DNA of 64,000 nucleotides from a virus. The translations under genes and the position numbers were made by a program. The notes under the pieces were generated by a model that had not been told where the DNA came from, did no database searches, and saw only the letters and a program-made list of their open reading frames with translations. The stretch is from positions 1 through 64,000 of IMG/VR virus record IMGVR_UViG_3300020045_009368; one strand, given 5' to 3'. Below, piece by piece: positions 62,581 through 64,000 of the stretch; position 1 is the first letter of the stretch; each line of letters opens with the position of its first letter.

Positions 62581-62796
62581 ATGACTAAAGAAGAAAAAGT
62601 TAAGTTAAAACAAGAACGTGCTCATAGAAGAAAACATAAAAGATATTTAAAAGATCAAGAATATTATAATCTTGCTCGTAATAAAGATATTAATAGAATA
62701 TCTATTGGAAGAAAAATAGCAAAAGGTAGATATTTTCAATGTGAAATGGGTTATGGTGATTGTGAAGATAGAGGTTACTGTAATGGTGATTGTTAA
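62581..62796 (+). CDS. Small basic protein with Cys-rich C-terminus
   Basis: CEMGYGDCEDRGYCNGDC. Confidence 0.55.
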   Translation: MTKEEKVKLKQERAHRRKHKRYLKDQEYYNLARNKDINRISIGRKIAKGRYFQCEMGYGDCEDRGYCNGDC

Positions 62797-62809
62797 AATA
62801 TTTAAAATT

Positions 62810-62868
62810 TGGGATATAGCTCAATTGGAAGAGCAGTGTTTTTCTAGGTTCAATTCCTAGTATCCCAA
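62810..62868 (+). ncRNA. tRNA-like RNA lacking the anticodon arm
   Basis: TGGGATA/TATCCCA acceptor stem, GCTC-AATTGGAA-GAGC D arm, 9-nt linker, CTAGG-TTCAATT-CCTAG T arm. Confidence 0.8.
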
Positions 62869-62935
62869 CTAACAAATTTTCATAATTTTTGTTAGTAAAA
62901 TGTTAGTAAAATAACATTTTGTTTTAGTTAGTTGG

Positions 62936-62994
62936 ATAAATTGAGTGAAATTGGGTAACTGCGAAATCAGATATGTAATAGTAGCTCAATTTAT
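62936..62994 (+). ncRNA. Stem-closed structured element
   Basis: ATAAATTGAG/CTCAATTTAT; internal CTG-CGAAAT-CAG hairpin. Confidence 0.45.
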
Positions 62995-63049
62995 TTTTAA
63001 ATAACTACAAAATTATGAATAATAAAATAAACTAAAAATAATAAAAATT

Positions 63050-64000
63050 ATGAATAAAAATGAATTAAAAAAAGGAGAAATTTATGCATATATACCTGAT
63101 AGTAATACTTTTGGATTAACAGGAGATAATCCTTTTATTTTTGTAGCTGATCCTATTAAAAATACATCACAAACAACAGGTACTAAATATTGTGTAGTAA
63201 ATACACAAGAATATTTTAGATCAAATCTTAGATGTTATTGGACAAAAGGTCTAAGACATGCAACTCCAGAAGAAAAACATTGGCTCAACACTTGTATAGA
63301 ACAAAATAAATTTGTATCTTATGAAGAAGCTATGAAAACATTTATTCCTGAATATGTTGAATGTATTAATAATAAAGATATTCCTTATGGAATAATTGGA
63401 AGAATTTATAAATTTAATAACTTATCTGGAAAACATTGGGGACTTAAATGTAATTTAAAATGTGCAAATTACGATCCAGATACTACTTTATATTTTGAAA
63501 TATATCAAGTTAAACCATCAACTAAAGAAGCTTACGATGCTCAATTTGTAGTTAAAGAACCTGAGTTTGTATTACCTGAAAAATGGTATATTAAAATAAA
63601 ATCAACAGAAGAAGCTAATATTTATAAAGATTTTTTTAAAAAAGTAAAACCTAATCAAAATTGGGTTTTTTGGATTGATTTTATATATGGTTTTAATGGT
63701 ATTAACTATACAAATAGTGAATCACAAGGAACATTGATAACTTTTGAACAATTTGAAAAATATGTTTTGAAAGAAACTGAAGAATTAAGTCCTTTAAAAT
63801 TAGCAGCTATTGAACATCCTCATTTAGCTAAAGTTGAATCTAAACCATTTGAAATATTATCAATTATTAATAATATTACTAAAGAACAATTAGATCTTAA
63901 AAAAGATGGTTACTTTAGAAGTAAATTTTCTAGTATTCATTTAAACAATGTTAATGATAAATATTCAATTGTTTCAGTTGCTAATAAAGAAGGTAATATA
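63050..64000 (+). CDS. Hypothetical multi-module protein, truncated at the window end
   Basis: Open frame MNKNELKKGEIY...RHATPEEKHWL...LPEKWYIK; absent from the ORF track because it has no stop in the window. Confidence 0.6.
   Translation, partial: MNKNELKKGEIYAYIPDSNTFGLTGDNPFIFVADPIKNTSQTTGTKYCVVNTQEYFRSNLRCYWTKGLRHATPEEKHWLNTCIEQNKFVSYEEAMKTFIPEYVECINNKDIPYGIIGRIYKFNNLSGKHWGLKCNLKCANYDPDTTLYFEIYQVKPSTKEAYDAQFVVKEPEFVLPEKWYIKIKSTEEANIYKDFFKKVKPNQNWVFWIDFIYGFNGINYTNSESQGTLITFEQFEKYVLKETEELSPLKLAAIEHPHLAKVESKPFEILSIINNITKEQLDLKKDGYFRSKFSSIHLNNVNDKYSIVSVANKEGNI

Noticed and set aside
52263-62994. CRISPR array or simple terminators as the explanation for the intergenic elements
   Set aside because: There are no direct repeats with spacers. 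Most elements are multi-branched with long interiors and lack the GC hairpin plus U-tract form, although a few simple hairpins (56945-56973, 61885-61928) may be terminators.
1-64000. Stop-codon reassignment, as seen in some crAss-like phages
   Set aside because: Giant genes are intact and tightly packed under the standard code; no suppressor tRNA was seen.

Overview
The window is about 64 kb of a very AT-rich crAss-like (Crassvirales) bacteriophage genome, read in the standard genetic code. The Bacteroidota-type promoters suggest a Flavobacteriia-like host (inference). Positions 1-51.6 kb, all on the minus strand, form the late/structural block. It contains three giant ejected virion proteins (including a phi14:2 gp66-type virion RNA polymerase with a DYDID motif), cargo proteins, muzzle and ring proteins, a DEDD exonuclease, a lysis cassette, a tail fibre, auxiliary and major capsid proteins, portal and TerL. 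It also carries GroEL, a GroES-like protein, PhoH, a ClpP-like protease and three free-standing GIY-YIG-type endonucleases. At least eight host sigma70-type promoters (TTTG/TTAG...TAnnTTTG) drive this block. From about 51.7 kb the strand switches to small plus-strand early-type genes. The most interesting signals are non-coding. (1) More than a dozen intergenic structured elements, each closed by a 8-20 bp terminal stem, often carry a 3' T-loop-like hairpin. (2) One of them is a near-perfect tRNA that lacks its anticodon arm, followed by a segment antisense to the phage's own start-codon consensus. (3) A ~290-nt promoter-to-terminator structured RNA shares a fixed-position upstream motif with the capsid and portal promoters. 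(4) An SSB-like first early gene is frameshifted. All protein calls come from motif recognition and gene context; no database searches were run.
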